A stretch of DNA of 64,000 nucleotides, from positions 4,896,001-4,960,000 of the forward strand of contig OZ242180.1 of NCBI GenBank assembly GCA_965205485.1. The letters are read 5' to 3'. The position numbers and the translations under genes were made by a program. Positions within the stretch are counted from its first letter, which is position 1. Each line of letters starts with the position of its first letter. The DNA is from Candidatus Latescibacterota bacterium (GTDB lineage Bacteria; Latescibacterota; UBA2968; GCA-2709665). This document shows, piece after piece, positions 8,277-18,071 of this stretch. The notes beneath the pieces were generated by a model. That model made no database searches and was not told the DNA's origin. It saw only the letters and a list, made by a program, of their open reading frames with translations.

Positions 8277-9725
8277 TCAATAGTAATACCCGAGCATGAT
8301 GCACATCTCGTCGTTCTCGGCCGTGAATCCGAACCGGATGGTGAAGTCCTTGTCGTCGTTTTCGTGGGTGCACTCGAATCGCAGGGTTTGTCCAGCCCTC
8401 ACTTCGAGTGCAGGATTGTACAGATTTGTCACCGGTTCGTCCCACTCATCGCTGCGATAGATCCTTTCATCATCCAGGAAGATATCGAATCGCCGGCCGT
8501 GGCGATGCATGTGCGACGACAGCATGACGAGGTTGACATCTCGTCGAAGGGTCCAGTCGCGGCCGGCGGTCACAGTCTGACCCGGCGGAACCTGGATGGG
8601 GAAGAAGCTCTCAAAGATGGGTTTTGCGGCCACCCTGACGCTGTCGGCGGGCATCGAGTGCAGGTTGACGTAGACTTCGCCGATAAGCGTGTTCTCCCCC
8701 GACGTGTTCACGAAATGAGAGTTCAATTCGTAGACCGCATCGGCAGGCATCGGGATCGCGATGCCGTCCGGAAAATCGAATACCGCCTCTGGCGACTGGC
8801 TGCCCACGACAAACCTTTTCCGGAAGATACCGAGCGCCTCGACCGGATCCAGATCGCGAATTCCCGGAGGGGGCGGGTTATCGTTGGTCGACTGATAGAG
8901 GATGAAGTGATGGCTGCCTTCCGGTTGGAACACTTCGATTTTGTTCACCATCAGGTCTTCCGCGACCCTCAGCCGCGTCGTCGAGAAAATCTCCCGTTCC
9001 GACCGCGGCGCGATCGCAAAGGGTTTCAGGTGAAGCTGTATGCCCCGCGCGGGCGGCGCCGGCGGCTGAAAATAAAACTCCGTATTGTGCAGGATCCGAT
9101 CCAGGTCGGGCGCATCCGGCACAACGCTGTCGCGGGGCGCCCCGGCCGCGATCCACGCCCGGATCGCATCGATCGCGACACCGCTCAGGCTGGAATACGA
9201 CCTGGGCATCCGATCGCCGTACCCCACACCGGAACCGGTCAGCTTCGTCATCAGAAAACTCTTTCCGGGATCCCCTGCCGTGACCAGCAGCATCCCCTCC
9301 TCCCGCGCCTTCGCGTTCTGCGGCACCCGCCCTACGAGCTGCTCGTATGCCACGTCGGGTTCAAGCGAAAGTCCCGCGGCAGCCCAGGCCGAGCTGTGGC
9401 AGGAACTGCTGATGCAGCTCTCATTGAAAATATGGTCCTGTATCGCCTCGAACGTGGAGCGGACGCCGCCGACGCCGGTCTCTCCCTCTTCGTGGGTGAC
9501 CTTGCCGAAGTCCCCCGCAAACTGCAGGAAGTCCTCGAAGTCCACCCGCCCGTCGTCGTTCAGATCGAACCGGACGTTCGTGGAACCGTACGCTTCGGCG
9601 AACAGCAGGAAATCCGAAAATCCAACCTGCCCGTCCCCGTCGAAATCCGCCCCGAGACTGTGGGACAGGGCCGCAATGGGAATCAGCAGGAAAACCGTTG
9701 CGGCCAGGGTGATGCGACGACGCAA
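8277..9725 (-). CDS. Secreted EF-hand/dockerin-like + cytochrome-c-like + copper type II (PHM/DBH-like) monooxygenase
   Basis: Signal peptide; DFDGDGQVGFSDF and DLNDDGRVDFEDF; CISSSCH, RMP, IRAWIAAGA; SHH, NSH, SHMH and EMC copper ligands; TTG start inferred. Confidence 0.7.
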   Translation of the reverse strand: MRRRITLAATVFLLIPIAALSHSLGADFDGDGQVGFSDFLLFAEAYGSTNVRFDLNDDGRVDFEDFLQFAGDFGKVTHEEGETGVGGVRSTFEAIQDHIFNESCISSSCHSSAWAAAGLSLEPDVAYEQLVGRVPQNAKAREEGMLLVTAGDPGKSFLMTKLTGSGVGYGDRMPRSYSSLSGVAIDAIRAWIAAGAPRDSVVPDAPDLDRILHNTEFYFQPPAPPARGIQLHLKPFAIAPRSEREIFSTTRLRVAEDLMVNKIEVFQPEGSHHFILYQSTNDNPPPPGIRDLDPVEALGIFRKRFVVGSQSPEAVFDFPDGIAIPMPADAVYELNSHFVNTSGENTLIGEVYVNLHSMPADSVRVAAKPIFESFFPIQVPPGQTVTAGRDWTLRRDVNLVMLSSHMHRHGRRFDIFLDDERIYRSDEWDEPVTNLYNPALEVRAGQTLRFECTHENDDKDFTIRFGFTAENDEMCIMLGYYY

Positions 9726-9806
9726 ATCCAGTCGCCGTCGAACAATCTGCTTATGATGTGCTCTCCGAATCATGTATATCGCCTGTGTCGAGCCTGTCGA
9801 AGCCAC

Positions 9807-10550
9807 TCAGTTTTCCGTCGATCCGTATTCTCGCCTCGCCCGCTCCAGGGTCTCGGGATTTCCGATATCGATCGCCGTTCCGCGAAGCCTGTGCGCATAC
9901 ACGGGTTCCACGTGACAGAGCCATTCCACGAAGTGGCCGGGCGCATCCGGCGTCCGGCCGCTCTCGATGTATTCGTCGAACCGCTTCAACGTGGATGCCG
10001 GGTAGACGTAAAAAGCGGCCGAACCCCATGACGACGCCGGGATTTCGGGCTTTTCGTCGAACTGTAACACCCGGTCCTCCGCATCCAGAACTGCGATGCC
10101 GCGTCGGCGGCGGTCCTCCGGGTCGTCCACGTGACAGACGCAGATGTGGGCTGCCGGATTGGCGCGGAAGTCCGCCACCAGATCCTTCAGGCGAAACCGA
10201 AACAGATTGTCGGAGCCGCATACCAGGACGTCATCTGAAATATCCCGTGTCCGAATGGCGAACCGGATGTCCCCGACCGCACCCAGGCGGTTCTCGTTGG
10301 ACGTGGTCCCGTCGTCGATCACGTCGACGTCCAGGCGGCCGTTTCGTCCGGCCGCCCACCGCTCGTAATGGCCCGCGAACCGGTTGTTGGTTACCAGATA
10401 TACCCCATCGACGTCCGGAACGGTCTCGATCTGGTCCATCAGATAGTCCACGATCGCGCGCCCGCCCACCTTGAGCAGCCCCTTCGGAAAATTCAGGGTC
10501 AGGGGGTACAGCCGGGTGGCGTAACCCGCCGCAATGACGATCGCTTTCAT
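9807..10550 (-). CDS. Nucleotidyltransferase (NTP_transferase family)
   Basis: MKAIVIAAGYATRLYPLTLNFPKGLL, DEKP, DIGNPE. Confidence 0.9.
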   Translation of the reverse strand: MKAIVIAAGYATRLYPLTLNFPKGLLKVGGRAIVDYLMDQIETVPDVDGVYLVTNNRFAGHYERWAAGRNGRLDVDVIDDGTTSNENRLGAVGDIRFAIRTRDISDDVLVCGSDNLFRFRLKDLVADFRANPAAHICVCHVDDPEDRRRRGIAVLDAEDRVLQFDEKPEIPASSWGSAAFYVYPASTLKRFDEYIESGRTPDAPGHFVEWLCHVEPVYAHRLRGTAIDIGNPETLERARREYGSTEN

Positions 10551-10782
10551 CTACCTCTCCGTGCCGGAGCTCGACGATACAACGAACGGATCTCAGACGA
10601 TACGCTGACGCAACCGCGCCGTCACCCCTCCTGTTTGTTCATCGGCCTGGCCGAAATCTGCTGACATTCAGGACCGGGTTAATTATATATAGGAAAGATT
10701 GCAGGGGCAAGGGATTATCCGGAAAAACGCCCGTGCCGGTCATATCCTGAATGCGCGATTCGCCCCATCCAGGAGACGTGCG

Positions 10783-11616
10783 ATGACGCCTTCCGAACTG
10801 ACGGACCGCTTGAAGCCTGCCTGCCCCGCACTTGACGTCCACGTGCATCCGCTGGACTGTTTCGGTCTCTACAGGATCGCCGACGCCAGCGAAGACGCAC
10901 GCCTCATTATCGACTCCGCCGCGCGCGCGGGGGTGGAAAAGATGTGCCTGTTCTCACTTTACACAACCTGCCCTAGAGAGCCGTCGGTTGAAGAGTTCAG
11001 GCAGGCAAACGACTACGCACTCTCCATGCGGGACCTGGCGCCGGATATCTTCATCCCCTTCTGCTACGTGAATCCGATGTACCCCGCGGAGTCCGTTGCG
11101 GAAATAGACCGCTGCATCGAAAGCGAGCGTATGGGCGGAATCAAGCTGTGGGTCGCGCGCCGCGCCACCGATCCGGGCCTGGACCCCATCCTGGGACGCG
11201 CGGTACAGTTCGGTGTTCCTGTCCTGCAGCACGCGTGGATCAAGACGGACGGCAATCTTGTGGGCGAATCCTTTCCGGCCGACGTGGCTCACCTGGCGCG
11301 GCGCCACCCGGACGCGAACATCATCATGGCTCACATGAATGGCTGCGGCCTTGCCGGCATGGAAGACGTGGCGGACTGTCCGAACATCTACGTCGATACG
11401 TCCGGAGGAGACCCGGACAGCGGTATCGTCGAAGCGGCCGTATCGACCATCGGACCCGATCGCATCGTCTACGGCTCCGACGCTCCGATCCGCCATTTCG
11501 GCGTGCAACTCGGCAAGACGCTCGGAACCGATCTTCCGGAAGCGGTCAAGAAAGAGATCCTCTGGAACAACACCGCCCGCCTCCTGCCGGCGTGGTCCGG
11601 CGTCCGGACACTCTGA
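10783..11616 (+). CDS. Amidohydrolase_2 family protein (paralog 1)
   Basis: DVHVH, GIKL, VLQH, IMAH, YGSD metal-binding motifs. Confidence 0.9.
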   Translation: MTPSELTDRLKPACPALDVHVHPLDCFGLYRIADASEDARLIIDSAARAGVEKMCLFSLYTTCPREPSVEEFRQANDYALSMRDLAPDIFIPFCYVNPMYPAESVAEIDRCIESERMGGIKLWVARRATDPGLDPILGRAVQFGVPVLQHAWIKTDGNLVGESFPADVAHLARRHPDANIIMAHMNGCGLAGMEDVADCPNIYVDTSGGDPDSGIVEAAVSTIGPDRIVYGSDAPIRHFGVQLGKTLGTDLPEAVKKEILWNNTARLLPAWSGVRTL

Positions 11617-11691
11617 CCGATCGCGCCAGGGTCCGGAACGGCGTGCCTGAATCGCGCGAATCGAAATCGATATGCGCCAGGGAGAACTGAC

Positions 11692-12444
11692 ATGATTGTC
11701 GACATCAACGCCTACACCGGACACTGGCCCTCCCATCCTGTCGAAGGGGCCCTTGACTCCGTTCGCGCCTCCCTCAGGGAATACGGCGTGGAACGCATGT
11801 GCGTTTCGCCCCTGGACGCCGCGTGGTGCCGCAACCCGCACCGGTTCAACGACAGTCTCTACGCCGCATCGGTCGTGACGGACGACATCTGGCCCGTACC
11901 CGTTCTGGATCCGACCATCGCCACCTGGCGCGACGAACTCCAGCGTGCGGAAGCGCAGCCCCGGGTCCGCCTGGTCAAACTCCTTCCCGCCTATTGCGGA
12001 TACGATCTGGACTTCGCGTCCGGCTTGTTCGCGGCCCTCGCACGCGCCGGTCTCGGCGTCATCGTGCAGACGAGGCTCGAAGACCCGCGAAGGCAGCATC
12101 CACTCGCCCAGGTACCCGACGTCCCCGCGGCCGAAATCGCGGACGCCGCAAAGCGCCACCCCGGCCTTCTCACCATCATCGGAGGGCCGCGCACGGGTGA
12201 AATCAGGGGGCTTAGAGACAGGATTCTGGAGCTACCCAACCTCTACGCGGACGTCTCCCAGTCGGACGGGATGGATGCCGTCAAGGTGCTGGTGGATGAC
12301 GGGCTGAAAGACAAACTGCTGTTCGGCTCTCATGCGCCGCTCTTCATCCCCTATTCAGCGATTTCGCGTGTCGTCACCGATCTCTCCGACGACGACGCGG
12401 CCGCCATCCTCGGGGGGAACGCCGGACGAATCGTCAACTGGTAA
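11692..12444 (+). CDS. Amidohydrolase-fold protein with degenerate metal ligands
   Basis: TIM-barrel amidohydrolase pattern but DINAY instead of DxHxH and FGSH instead of GSD. Confidence 0.75.
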   Translation: MIVDINAYTGHWPSHPVEGALDSVRASLREYGVERMCVSPLDAAWCRNPHRFNDSLYAASVVTDDIWPVPVLDPTIATWRDELQRAEAQPRVRLVKLLPAYCGYDLDFASGLFAALARAGLGVIVQTRLEDPRRQHPLAQVPDVPAAEIADAAKRHPGLLTIIGGPRTGEIRGLRDRILELPNLYADVSQSDGMDAVKVLVDDGLKDKLLFGSHAPLFIPYSAISRVVTDLSDDDAAAILGGNAGRIVNW

Positions 12445-12455
12445 CGGGCTTTACC

Positions 12456-13292
12456 GTGAACCTGACCACGTTGAGAGAGAGACTCAAGCCGCCCTGCGAC
12501 GTGCTGGACGTGCACGTCCACCCGCTCGGCACGGGCGCGGCATCCGTAAAGGCCGACGCCAGCAGGATCCTGGACGCCGCCGGACGCGCGGGCATCACGA
12601 AGATGTGCATCTTTCTGCTGCATCCCGAATCGGGCGCCGGCAGCCGCCTCCATGAGCCGGCGATGCGACACTGCCGGGACGGCAACGACTACAATCTGCG
12701 GATGCGCGATCAGGCCCCGGACGCCTTTCTTCCGTTCTGCTACGTCAATCCCGCCTGGCCCGACGCTTCCGTCGACGAGATCGACCGGTGCATCGTTGCA
12801 GAGCGCATGTGCGGAATCAAGCTGTGGGTGGCGCGCCGGGCGACCGATGCCGGCCTGGATCCGATTATGCGGCGCGCCGTCGACCTCGGCGTGCCCGTTC
12901 TGCAGCACGCGTGGGACAAGACCACCGGAAACCTGCCTGGCGAGTCCTTTCCGCACGACGTGGCCGACCTGGCGCGCAGGCACTCCGACGCCAGAATCAT
13001 CATGGCCCACCTCAACGGGTGCGGGCTCCGTGGAATCGAGCACGTCGCGGACTGCCAGAACCTGGTGGTGGACACCGGCGGCGGGGATCCTGAGACCGGT
13101 ATCGTCGACGCCGCCGTTGGCGCGCTGGGAGGCCGTCGCGTCGTCTTCGCGTCGGACCTGCCGGTCCGCCTGTTCGGCCAATGTCTCGGGAAAACCCTGG
13201 GCGCCGATCTTTCCGATGCAACCAAAAGGGACATCCTCTGGAACAACGCCGCCAGGCTCCTTCCCGAGTGGGCCGGTGTCAAGCCGCAGTGA
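12456..13292 (+). CDS. Amidohydrolase_2 family protein (paralog 2)
   Basis: DVHVH, GIKLWVARRATD, VLQH, IMAH, FASD; long segments shared with 10783..11616. Confidence 0.9.
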   Translation: MNLTTLRERLKPPCDVLDVHVHPLGTGAASVKADASRILDAAGRAGITKMCIFLLHPESGAGSRLHEPAMRHCRDGNDYNLRMRDQAPDAFLPFCYVNPAWPDASVDEIDRCIVAERMCGIKLWVARRATDAGLDPIMRRAVDLGVPVLQHAWDKTTGNLPGESFPHDVADLARRHSDARIIMAHLNGCGLRGIEHVADCQNLVVDTGGGDPETGIVDAAVGALGGRRVVFASDLPVRLFGQCLGKTLGADLSDATKRDILWNNAARLLPEWAGVKPQ

Positions 13293-13350
13293 GCGTCGGC
13301 CAGATGGGAGCGCCTCGTGGCCGGGCAGACCGTTAGACGAAAGGTGTAAC

Positions 13351-14073
13351 GTGCGGAAAAAAGAAATCCTCATCACAGGCGCGGCCGGAAGAATCGGACG
13401 GGTCCTGCGAGAGGGATTGAAGGAAGACTACCGCCTCAGACTGCTCTATCACAACACCGTTCTCCCGGCACGTCCCGGCGAAGAGGTGCATGTTTCCAGC
13501 ATTACCGATATGGATCGGGTCATCGCGGCGGTGAAGGGCGTGGACGCCGTGGTCCACATGGCCGGGAATCCCAACGGGAGCGCTTCTTTCGAAGAAATCC
13601 TCGAAGCGAATATCCGTGGAACCTACACCGTTTACGAGGCGGCCCGCCGAAACGACGTCGACCGCGTCGTGTTCGCCAGCAGCAACCACGTGACCGGGTA
13701 TTACGAAAAGAACGGCATCGGTACCACGACCGAGGTGAACGCGCGGCCGGACAGCTTCTACGGGGCCAGCAAGGCGTACGGCGAGGACCTGGGGCGGTAC
13801 TACGCGGATGCATTCGGGCTATCGGTGATCTGCCTGCGGATCGGATCCTTTCAGCCCGCCGACTCGGTCATCAACCGCACGAGCGACAGGATCCTCGCGT
13901 CCTGGCTCAGCCACCGCGATACCGTTCAACTCGTGCGTTGCAGCATCGAGACCGGCGTCCGTTTCGGCATCTATTACGGCATATCGAACAATACGCGCGC
14001 GTACTGGGACCTCCGAAACGCCCGTGAGGAACTCGGGTACGCCCCTGAAGACGACGCGGAGACCTACGCCTGA
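13351..14073 (+). CDS. NAD-dependent epimerase/dehydratase, uronate dehydrogenase-like
   Basis: ITGAAGRIG, FASSNH, PDSFYGASK, LRIGS, WLSHRD; GTG start. Confidence 0.85.
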   Translation: MRKKEILITGAAGRIGRVLREGLKEDYRLRLLYHNTVLPARPGEEVHVSSITDMDRVIAAVKGVDAVVHMAGNPNGSASFEEILEANIRGTYTVYEAARRNDVDRVVFASSNHVTGYYEKNGIGTTTEVNARPDSFYGASKAYGEDLGRYYADAFGLSVICLRIGSFQPADSVINRTSDRILASWLSHRDTVQLVRCSIETGVRFGIYYGISNNTRAYWDLRNAREELGYAPEDDAETYA

Positions 14074-14120
14074 TGGATGGAACAATAACGGGGCCCCGGG
14101 TTGCCCGGCCGCCGCCGGTT

Positions 14121-14801
14121 TCAGAAATGCCGCTTCGCTTCGGACAGCCCGCCCAGAATGAAATCGGCCTCGGCGTGCCGCTGGCGCGCGGTGAAGAAAT
14201 TCGGCACCGCAAACACGGTCATCCCCGCGGCCTTGCCGGCTCTCACGCCCGCCTCGCTGTCTTCGATTACCGCACACCGGTCCGGTTCGACGTTCATTTT
14301 TCCTGCAGCCATCAGGAAGATGTCCGGCGCCGGTTTCAGCCGTTCCACGTCGCTGCCTGACAGCATCACGTCGAACACCTCGCCCAGGTCATGCACGCCA
14401 TCCATTCTGGACAGCAGGCCGCTGTTCAGCGTCTTCATCATCCGGTCCCGCTGCGTGGACGACGCCAGCGCCAGCGGGTAACCGCGGTTCCCGACGTGCG
14501 CCAAAAGCTCCAAAATTCCCGGTATCAGCAACACCCGGTCGGGATTCGAGATCGCTTTCTCGAATCGATTCATCCAGACCTGGCGGAATTCATCGGGCGC
14601 CACGTCCAACCCGTATCGTTCCACGGCGTACGCGCTGTTTTCCTCGACGGGATGGCCCACGCAGACCGCATAGTCCTCCCGGCTGATTCCGGCGCCGTAA
14701 TCTCCCAGCGTCGCGTTGAACGTCTCGCAGTAAACCGCTTCCGAGCCCACGATCACGCCATCGACATCGAAGATTACGGCATCATAGGTTCGATCCATCA
14801 C
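14121..14801 (-). CDS. HAD-superfamily phosphatase (beta-PGM-like)
   Basis: FDVDGVIVGSE, LASS, KPAPDIF, IEDSEAG. Confidence 0.9.
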   Translation of the reverse strand: MMDRTYDAVIFDVDGVIVGSEAVYCETFNATLGDYGAGISREDYAVCVGHPVEENSAYAVERYGLDVAPDEFRQVWMNRFEKAISNPDRVLLIPGILELLAHVGNRGYPLALASSTQRDRMMKTLNSGLLSRMDGVHDLGEVFDVMLSGSDVERLKPAPDIFLMAAGKMNVEPDRCAVIEDSEAGVRAGKAAGMTVFAVPNFFTARQRHAEADFILGGLSEAKRHF

Positions 14802-15040
14802 GCGACGACCCTAAACGACTCCGCCGACCCGCCTGCGGGAGCGCCGGCAGTGAGAAAGCAAACAAAAAACGGAGCGTTCCCCTTTGGATGCCCCGAACGG
14901 TCGTCAATATTTAAGCGGCGGTGGACGAAGTCAAGGATTTTCCTTGTCTCATGTCCCGGTTTTCCATTATTTCAAATTGCTCGACACAATCCCGTTACGC
15001 CCGACGCCCGGAGCCCGTCTTGTCCCCCAGAGACCCCGAA

Positions 15041-15673
15041 ATGCTGGAAGGCATCCCGCACGCGCCCGCCGACCGGATGCCGCTTTGGCGCGAAGACGGC
15101 CGGACGCTGCAGGTGAACGAGATCTTCTACTCCATAGAAGGTGAAGGCCTGCGCGTCGGGCAGCCAACCACCTTTGTGCGCCTCGCCAGATGCAATCTGC
15201 GCTGCTTCTTCTGCGACACCGAATTCGATACGTACACTGAACTCGATATCGGCGAAATCCTGGCTGAAGTCGGCCGCTACTCCGCCTCCTGGGTCTGCCT
15301 GACCGGTGGAGAACCCCTGGGCCAGAACATCGGACCGCTCTGCCGGGAACTCCGGTCCGGAGATTACCGTATTCACATCGAGACCAACGGCGCGATCGAT
15401 CCGGACCCGGACCTCTACAACCTCATCGAACACTGGACCGTCTCTCCCAAGAGAAAGTCCATCGCCGGTGGTCTACGTTACATTACGGAGCTTAAGTACG
15501 TGGTCGGAAGACACTTCGAGGAGGGCATGGTAGCAGAAGACCGTGCCGAGTATGTCTACCTCCAACCCGAGTCGAGCAAGCCTGAATACATCAGGAAGGC
15601 CCTCGGCATCCTCAAACGGCACCCCGCATGGCGGCTTTCCTGCAGGATCCACAAAATGCTCGACCTCCCGTAA
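15041..15673 (+). CDS. queE: 7-carboxy-7-deazaguanine synthase (radical SAM)
   Basis: EIFYSIEGEG, FVRLARCNLRCFFCDT, TGGEP, IETNG, TVSPK, YLQP. Confidence 0.9.
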   Translation: MLEGIPHAPADRMPLWREDGRTLQVNEIFYSIEGEGLRVGQPTTFVRLARCNLRCFFCDTEFDTYTELDIGEILAEVGRYSASWVCLTGGEPLGQNIGPLCRELRSGDYRIHIETNGAIDPDPDLYNLIEHWTVSPKRKSIAGGLRYITELKYVVGRHFEEGMVAEDRAEYVYLQPESSKPEYIRKALGILKRHPAWRLSCRIHKMLDLP

Positions 15674-15803
15674 CAACAGCGCAGGCAGCGCAAAAGGAGC
15701 GGCGCGGAGGCGCACGAGCCGTTGCCCGAAACGGCGGTCCCGGCGGGCCGTTCGCGTGCGACGAAATCACATTGAATCGCGCTGCGGAAACAGGAGTTTT
15801 CGC

Positions 15804-15832
15804 TTGACAATGCTTTCAGGATAGTATAAATT
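15804..15832 (+). promoter_or_regulatory. Sigma-70 promoter of the thrS operon
   Basis: TTGACA-N17-TAAATT. Confidence 0.65.
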
Positions 15833-15863
15833 GATCTGATGTTCTAAGTATATGCACATCAAC

Positions 15864-15955
15864 CTACTTGCGGAGGAGTGTCAACGGAAGGGGTCGTTTG
15901 TCACCAGGTGCTTTGCCGAATGCCACGCGCAAGTAGAAGGGTCGCGCGTTTTTTT
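15864..15955 (+). promoter_or_regulatory. Putative attenuator-like structured leader upstream of thrS
   Basis: CTACTTGCG (15864-72) pairs with CGCAAGTAG (15928-36); mutually exclusive with an ACGCGC/GCGCGT + T7 terminator. Confidence 0.45.
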
Positions 15956-16070
15956 ATTATACAGAAGCGAGGTCCGGCGTCCTCGAAGTGCCGGCACTCG
16001 CAATGCGCCCGCGCCGCTCCTTTCCGGAAAGCCGCCCGTTTGTTGTGATTGACGTCTCCGCAGCATCTTC

Positions 16071-18020
16071 ATGTCAGAACCGATGCCCCGAACAGGCAAC
16101 ATAACCGTCACCCTGCCGGACGGCTCTCGAAAGGACTTCCGGGAGGGCGTCACCATCCTGCAGGTGGCCGAATCCATCGGCTCCGGCCTTGCGCGCGCTG
16201 CGCTGGCCGGCAAGGTCAACGGCCGGGCCGTAGATCTCAGCTGTACGCTTCATGACGACGCCGAACTGGAGGTCCTCACCTTCTCCAGCGATGCAGGCAA
16301 GGAAGTGTACTGGCACAGCACCGCCCATATTATGGCGCAGGCGGTGCAGGACCTGTTTCCGGACGTCAAAGTCACGCTGGGGCCGCCCATCGAGAATGGC
16401 TTCTATTACGACTTCGATCGGGAACAGCCGTTCACGCCGGACGAATTGCGCAGAATCGAAGCCAGAATGCGGGAACTCATCGCGGAGGCCCAAGCCTTCG
16501 AGCGCCAGGAAGTCACCCGCGAGGCCGCGATCGATCTGTTCCGGGAACGAGGCGAGACCTATAAGCTGGAAATCCTGGAGGAGATCGAACCCGGCGAGAT
16601 CATCAGCATCTACAGGAATGCCGACAGGTGGCTGGACCTGTGCCGGGGGCCGCATGTTCCCGACACCGGCCGCATAAAGGCCGTAAGACTGCTGAGTTCT
16701 TCGGGCGCATACTGGCGGGGCGACGAAAACAACGTGATGCTCCAGCGCATCTACGGCATTTCCTTTCCGGGACAGAAGGATCTCAACGCCTATCTCGAGT
16801 ACCTGGAAGAAGCAAGGAACAGAGACCACAGGACCCTTGGCCGGCAGCTCGACCTCTTCTCGATCAACGATACGGCCGGCCCCGGTCTGGTTCTCTGGCA
16901 CCCCAACGGGGCGCGCATCAGGAACCAGATTGAAGATTTCTGGCGCGAAGCGCATTACGGCGGCGGCTATGACCTGGTGGGTTCGCCCCACATCGGCAGG
17001 TCCCGTCTCTGGGAAACCAGCGGACACCTGGATTTCTTTCGCGAGAACATGTACCCCCCAATGGACATCGACGGCCAGGCGTATTTCGCCAAGCCGATGA
17101 ATTGTCCATTCCACAGCCTCATCTACAAATCCCGCAGGCGCAGCTACAGAGAGCTTCCCTTCCGCTGGGCCGAACTGGGTACTGTCTACCGCTACGAAAT
17201 GGTCGGCACGCTGCACGGCCTGTTACGGGTGCGCGGTTTCACTCAGGACGACGCGCACATCTTCTGTCGTCCGGATCAGGTGGAGGACGAAGTCTCGCGG
17301 GTTATCGACTTTACGCTGTTCATCCTCAAGTCGTTCGGTTTCGAAGACTTTAACGTCTACATCTCAACCCGCCCCGAGAAAGCGGTTGGAGATCCAGCCG
17401 ATTGGCAACGAGCCACCGACGCGCTCAAGCGCGCCGTCGACGCCCAGAAGCTGCCGTACCGGATCGACGAAGGCGCCGGCGCGTTCTACGGTCCGAAGAT
17501 CGACGTGACGATCAACGATGCCCTGAACAGGGAATGGCAGTGCACGACCATACAGTTCGACTTCAACCTTCCGGAACGATTCGACCTCAGCTATGTCGGG
17601 TCAGACGGGAAGTTCCACCGGCCGTACATGGTTCACCGCGCCCTTCTGGGGGCCATGGAACGGTTCTTCGGCCTGCTGATCGAACACTATGCGGGAAACT
17701 TCCCGCTCTGGCTGGCTCCGGTGCAGGCCGTCGTACTTCCGATATCCGATCCGTTTGCCAACTACGCCGGCGAGGTTGCCAGCCAGCTCAACGGCGCAGG
17801 TCTCCGCGCAGAAGTGGACACGCAGGACGCCAGGTTGGGTTTCAAGATCCGCGAGGCTGAAATCCGGAAAATCCCTTATATGGTCATTGTGGGGAAGCAG
17901 GAAGCCGACGCGCAGTCGATCTCGGTCCGCAGGCATGGCGCCGGTGACCTGGGAAGCATGTCCACGCTCGACCTCATTGCCAGGATGCACAAGGAAGTCC
18001 AGACGAAAAGCGCGGAGTAG
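16071..18020 (+). CDS. thrS: Threonine--tRNA ligase
   Basis: TGS domain, HSTAHIMAQA, DLCRGPH, KPMNCP, RVRGFTQDDAH, GAFYGPKID. Confidence 0.99.
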   Translation: MSEPMPRTGNITVTLPDGSRKDFREGVTILQVAESIGSGLARAALAGKVNGRAVDLSCTLHDDAELEVLTFSSDAGKEVYWHSTAHIMAQAVQDLFPDVKVTLGPPIENGFYYDFDREQPFTPDELRRIEARMRELIAEAQAFERQEVTREAAIDLFRERGETYKLEILEEIEPGEIISIYRNADRWLDLCRGPHVPDTGRIKAVRLLSSSGAYWRGDENNVMLQRIYGISFPGQKDLNAYLEYLEEARNRDHRTLGRQLDLFSINDTAGPGLVLWHPNGARIRNQIEDFWREAHYGGGYDLVGSPHIGRSRLWETSGHLDFFRENMYPPMDIDGQAYFAKPMNCPFHSLIYKSRRRSYRELPFRWAELGTVYRYEMVGTLHGLLRVRGFTQDDAHIFCRPDQVEDEVSRVIDFTLFILKSFGFEDFNVYISTRPEKAVGDPADWQRATDALKRAVDAQKLPYRIDEGAGAFYGPKIDVTINDALNREWQCTTIQFDFNLPERFDLSYVGSDGKFHRPYMVHRALLGAMERFFGLLIEHYAGNFPLWLAPVQAVVLPISDPFANYAGEVASQLNGAGLRAEVDTQDARLGFKIREAEIRKIPYMVIVGKQEADAQSISVRRHGAGDLGSMSTLDLIARMHKEVQTKSAE

Positions 18021-18071
18021 TCCCCTCTATTCTCCAATCAGGCCCGACCGCGGCCCGGATCAAATTCGGAG

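Noticed and set aside
8217..10031. 604-aa plus-strand ORF (and similar long ORFs at 27004, 32144, 40275, 45031)
   Set aside because: Shadows of well-supported opposite-strand genes
15852..16052. Leader peptide or T-box for thrS
   Set aside because: No Thr codon run and no GGTGGTACC-type T-box motif
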